A stretch of 31,479 nucleotides of DNA from a virus (taxonomy: Duplodnaviria; Heunggongvirae; Uroviricota; Caudoviricetes): IMG/VR virus record IMGVR_UViG_2534681774_000029, one strand, 5' to 3'. This document shows positions 30,441 through 31,479 of the stretch, one piece after another. Made by a program: the position numbers and the translations under genes. Position 1 is the first letter of the stretch; each line of letters begins with the position of its first letter. Under the pieces are notes generated by a model that ran no database searches, was not told the DNA's origin, and was given only the letters and a program-made list of their open reading frames with translations.

Positions 30441-31479
30441 ACCGGTAGGCGATCTGGTCGTTGATTTGAGTCTGGATGCGGCCAGATTTGACGAGCAGAT
30501 GGCCAGAGTCAGGCGTCATTTTTCCGGTACGGAAAGTGATGCGAAAAAAACAGCGGCAGTCGTTGAACAGTCGCTGAGCCGACAGGCGCTGGCTGCACAG
30601 AAAGCGGGGATTTCCGTCGGGCAGTATAAAGCCGCCATGCGTATGCTGCCTGCACAGTTCACCGACGTGGCCACGCAGCTTGCAGGCGGGCAAAGTCCGT
30701 GGCTGATCCTGCTGCAACAGGGGGGGCAGGTGAAGGACTCCTTCGGCGGGATGATCCCCATGTTCAGGGGGCTTGCCGGTGCGATCACCCTGCCGATGGT
30801 GGGGGCCACCTCGCTGGCGGTGGCGACCGGTGCGCTGGCGTATGCCTGGTATCAGGGCAACTCAACCCTGTCCGATTTCAACAAAACGCTGGTCCTTTCC
30901 GGCAATCAGGCGGGACTGACGGCAGATCGTATGCTGGTCCTGTCCAGAGCCGGGCAGGCGGCAGGGCTGACGTTTAACCAGACCAGCGAGTCACTCAGCG
31001 CACTGGTTAAGGCGGGGGTAAGCGGTGAGGCTCAGATTGCGTCCATCAGCCAGAGTGTGGCGCGTTTCTCCTCTGCATCCGGCGTGGAGGTGGACAAGGT
31101 CGCTGAAGCCTTCGGGAAGCTGACCACAGACCCGACGTCGGGGCTGACGGCGATGGCACGCCAGTTCCATAACGTGACGACGGAGCAGATTGCGTATGTT
31201 GCTCAGTTGCAGCGTTCCGGCGATGAAGCCGGGGCATTGCAGGCGGCGAACGAGGCCGCAACGAAAGGGTTTGATGACCAGATCCGCCGCCTGAAAGAGA
31301 ACATGGGCACGCTGGAGACCTGGGCAGACAGGACTGCGCGGGCATTCAAATCCATGTGGGATGCGGTGCTGGATATCGGTCGTCCTGATACCGCGCAGGA
31401 GATGCTGATTAAGGCAGAGGCTGCGTTTAAGAAAGCAGACGACATCTGGAATCTGCGCAAGGATGATTATTTTTGTTAA
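30433..31479 (+). CDS. H: Tail tape measure protein H (N-terminal 348 codons; reading frame ends in TAA at the window edge)
   Basis: MAEPVGDLVVDLSLDAARFDEQMARVRRHFSGTESDAKKTAAVVEQSL... matches lambda gpH (853 aa as recalled). Here the frame ends ...LRKDDYFC* with TAA at 31477-31479. Confidence 0.8.
   Translation: MAEPVGDLVVDLSLDAARFDEQMARVRRHFSGTESDAKKTAAVVEQSLSRQALAAQKAGISVGQYKAAMRMLPAQFTDVATQLAGGQSPWLILLQQGGQVKDSFGGMIPMFRGLAGAITLPMVGATSLAVATGALAYAWYQGNSTLSDFNKTLVLSGNQAGLTADRMLVLSRAGQAAGLTFNQTSESLSALVKAGVSGEAQIASISQSVARFSSASGVEVDKVAEAFGKLTTDPTSGLTAMARQFHNVTTEQIAYVAQLQRSGDEAGALQAANEAATKGFDDQIRRLKENMGTLETWADRTARAFKSMWDAVLDIGRPDTAQEMLIKAEAAFKKADDIWNLRKDDYFC

Overview
This window is the left two-thirds of a mosaic lambdoid prophage (Enterobacteriaceae, E. 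coli-like), running from the stop codon of the integrase gene to a point inside the tail tape-measure gene H. All identifications below are from reading the supplied ORF translations and the DNA directly; no database search was run. Layout, left to right: (1) an integrase gene split by a complete IS66-family insertion sequence with an 8-bp target duplication; (2) a leftward early operon xis / yfdT / yfdS / yfdR / yfdQ / yfdP-like, as in the CPS-53 (KplE1) prophage; (3) a 470-bp GC-rich, hairpin-dense non-coding region and a convergently oriented orphan gene for a coiled-coil plus zinc-ribbon protein next to the immunity region; (4) cI repressor, operator region, cro, a CII/YdaT-like gene, a frameshifted small gene, and an O-like replication initiator with internal iterons; (5) a nin-like region with orphan Dam methyltransferase, LexA-DBD-like protein, RusA, KilA-N-like protein, a DUF968-like protein and antiterminator Q; (6) a DLP12-like late/lysis cassette with nmpC-like porin on the opposite strand, phage-21-type holin, SAR endolysin, Rz/Rz1, bor, ybcV, ybcW, ylcI; (7) a lambda-like cos site and head/tail genes Nu1, A, W, B, C/Nu3, D, E, FI, FII, Z, U, V, G, T and the 5' part of H, whose translations match phage lambda as I recall them. 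No tRNA, rRNA or CRISPR array was seen. The prophage looks defective (integrase disrupted; H reading frame ends in a stop at the window edge). The best candidates for something undescribed are the structured non-coding region at 6680-7147 and the adjacent orphan gene 7172-7663.
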